NCBI GenBank assembly: GCA_001805575.1
Contig: MHGN01000005.1
Location: forward strand, 1 to 54,515
DNA: 54,515 nt
From: Omnitrophica WOR_2 bacterium RIFCSPHIGHO2_02_FULL_45_21
Lineage (GTDB): Bacteria; Omnitrophota; Gorgyraeia; Gygaellales; UBA12090
Direction: 5' to 3'
In this document: piece after piece, positions 53,478 to 54,515 of the stretch
How the letters are laid out: each line of letters opens with the position of its first letter
Numbering within the stretch: the first letter of the stretch is position 1
Position numbers and translations under genes: made by a program
The notes under the pieces: model-generated
What the model was told of the DNA's origin: nothing
Databases searched by the model: none
Seen by the model: only the letters and a program-made list of their open reading frames with translations

Positions 53478-54332
53478 ATGGAAGAAGCGATTAAAAAAGC
53501 AGATGTTCTGATTGAGGCCTTGCCGTATATCAAGGAATTTCACCGTAAGATAATGGTGATAAAATATGGCGGGAGCATCTTAGGCGAAGAGAAAATCAGA
53601 AAAGGCGTTTTAGAAGATATAGTTTTTTTAAGCTATATGGGGCTTTGCCCGGTTTTGGTTCACGGAGGCGGGCCGAATATTTCAGAGCGGATGAAGTGCG
53701 CAGGCGTTAAAAGCGAATTTGTGGATGGCATGCGGGTTACTGATGAAAAAACCCTGGAGATAGTGGAAGAGGAATTGAATAAACTCAATAAAATCATTGT
53801 TTCTGAAATAAAGGAATTAGGGGGAAAGGCGGTTGGATTTCAGCTGAGAAAACAAAGCATAATCTTAGCTCGGAAAAAGCAAGAGGGCAGAGATTTAGGT
53901 TTTGTGGGGGAAGTGGAGTCCATTGATGTTAAGCCTTTATTACACCAGACAAAAGATTATACTGTCTGCGTAATTTGTCCGATAGGCAAAGGGCAGGATA
54001 ATAGGACATATAACATTAATGCTGATGATGTGGCTTCTTCTGTGGCGGTAAGCCTCTTGGCTGAGAAATTGGTAGTCCTCACCAATGTGCGAGGCATCAT
54101 GCGTTCTCCGGATGACCCAAGTTCTCTTATCTCAACGTTGACCATTGATGAGGCAAAAGGCTTGATTAAGGAAGGAGCGGTTCAGGAAGGAATGATTCCT
54201 AAGGTAAAGTCGGCAATGGCGGCTTTAGAAGGCGCAGTTAAAAAAACCCATATCATAGATGCCAGAATTCCCCATGCGCTCCTTTTAGAGATTTTTACTA
54301 AGGAAGGAATCGGCACGGAAATCATTAAATAA
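53478..54332 (+). CDS. argB: Acetylglutamate kinase
   Basis: VIKYGGS, VHGGGP, amino acid kinase fold motifs. Confidence 0.9.
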   Translation: MEEAIKKADVLIEALPYIKEFHRKIMVIKYGGSILGEEKIRKGVLEDIVFLSYMGLCPVLVHGGGPNISERMKCAGVKSEFVDGMRVTDEKTLEIVEEELNKLNKIIVSEIKELGGKAVGFQLRKQSIILARKKQEGRDLGFVGEVESIDVKPLLHQTKDYTVCVICPIGKGQDNRTYNINADDVASSVAVSLLAEKLVVLTNVRGIMRSPDDPSSLISTLTIDEAKGLIKEGAVQEGMIPKVKSAMAALEGAVKKTHIIDARIPHALLLEIFTKEGIGTEIIK

Positions 54333-54350
54333 TCAAGTTCTACTCTCTAA

Positions 54351-54420
54351 GCTGCAAGCTGCAAGCTGCAAGCTCTTAGCGTGAAGCGTGTAGCGTGAGG
54401 CGCGTAGCAGCCTGATGCGT
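54351..54420. repeat. Degenerate heptad-periodic array (10 units) between argB and argD
   Basis: GCTGCAA x3, GCTCTTA, GCGTGAA, GCGTGTA, GCGTGAG, GCGCGTA, GCAGCCT, GATGCGT in strict 7-nt register. Confidence 0.9.
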
Positions 54421-54432
54421 GTAATTTATAAA

Positions 54433-54515
54433 ATGATGAAAAAGGAAGAAATCTTTCAGGCTTATCAGGATTACATAATGCCCACCTATACCAGGACACC
54501 GGTAATTTTTGTTAA
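54433..54515 (+). CDS. argD: Acetylornithine aminotransferase, 5' fragment (runs off the window)
   Basis: MMKKEEIFQAYQDYIMPTYTRTPVIFV matches the usual ArgD N-terminus; follows argCJB. Confidence 0.7.
   Translation, partial: MMKKEEIFQAYQDYIMPTYTRTPVIFV

Noticed and set aside
1-54515. Defence systems, prophage, integrative elements, toxin-antitoxin pairs, recoding (in-frame stops, selenocysteine)
   Set aside because: Every substantial ORF has a housekeeping assignment or is a lone hypothetical. There is no strand switching, no integrase/recombinase/nuclease-helicase modules and no interrupted reading frames.

Overview
This 54.5-kb bacterial chromosomal window has every supportable gene on the + strand, tightly packed and often with 4-nt stop/start overlaps. 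Content is almost entirely core housekeeping. In order: two tRNAs, a COG1579 zinc-ribbon protein, RNase HI and RNase P RNA. Next come a CDF transporter, MBL hydrolase, ferredoxin, AmmeMemoRadiSam-type radical SAM enzyme, NadE, a flavodiiron protein, LysRS, LolCE/LolD and IlvE. After those lie McsA-McsB-ClpC, a hypothetical protein plus MlaEFD, RadA, a PIN-TRAM protein, IspD, IspF, CysE, an RR-PAS-HD-GYP regulator, CysRS, Tmk, HolB, a PSP1 protein, MetRS, TatD, DUF362 and MtnA. These are followed by ThiL, TsaE, RsmD, CoaD, DUF177, L32, PlsX-FabH-FabD-FabG-ACP-FabF, LeuCDB, Asd, TruA, a large polytopic membrane protein, L13-S9 and ArgCJB with the start of ArgD. Lol and Mla genes imply a diderm; FprA and radical-SAM content suggest an anaerobe. 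A candidate phylum such as Omnitrophota is only a guess. I found no prophage, defence island, CRISPR array, toxin-antitoxin pair or intact mobile element. What the gene list does not explain is a dense population of very short DNA elements: GC-rich palindromes, a hairpin family ending in GCTCATT, and 7-8 nt short-period tandem arrays. They fill most intergenic spacers and also sit in frame inside at least a dozen conserved essential enzymes or extend their C-termini. This resembles the in-frame palindromic elements (RPEs) of Rickettsia and the heptamer STRR repeats of cyanobacteria, and it is the main candidate for something undescribed. All motif and boundary calls were read by eye; no searches were run.
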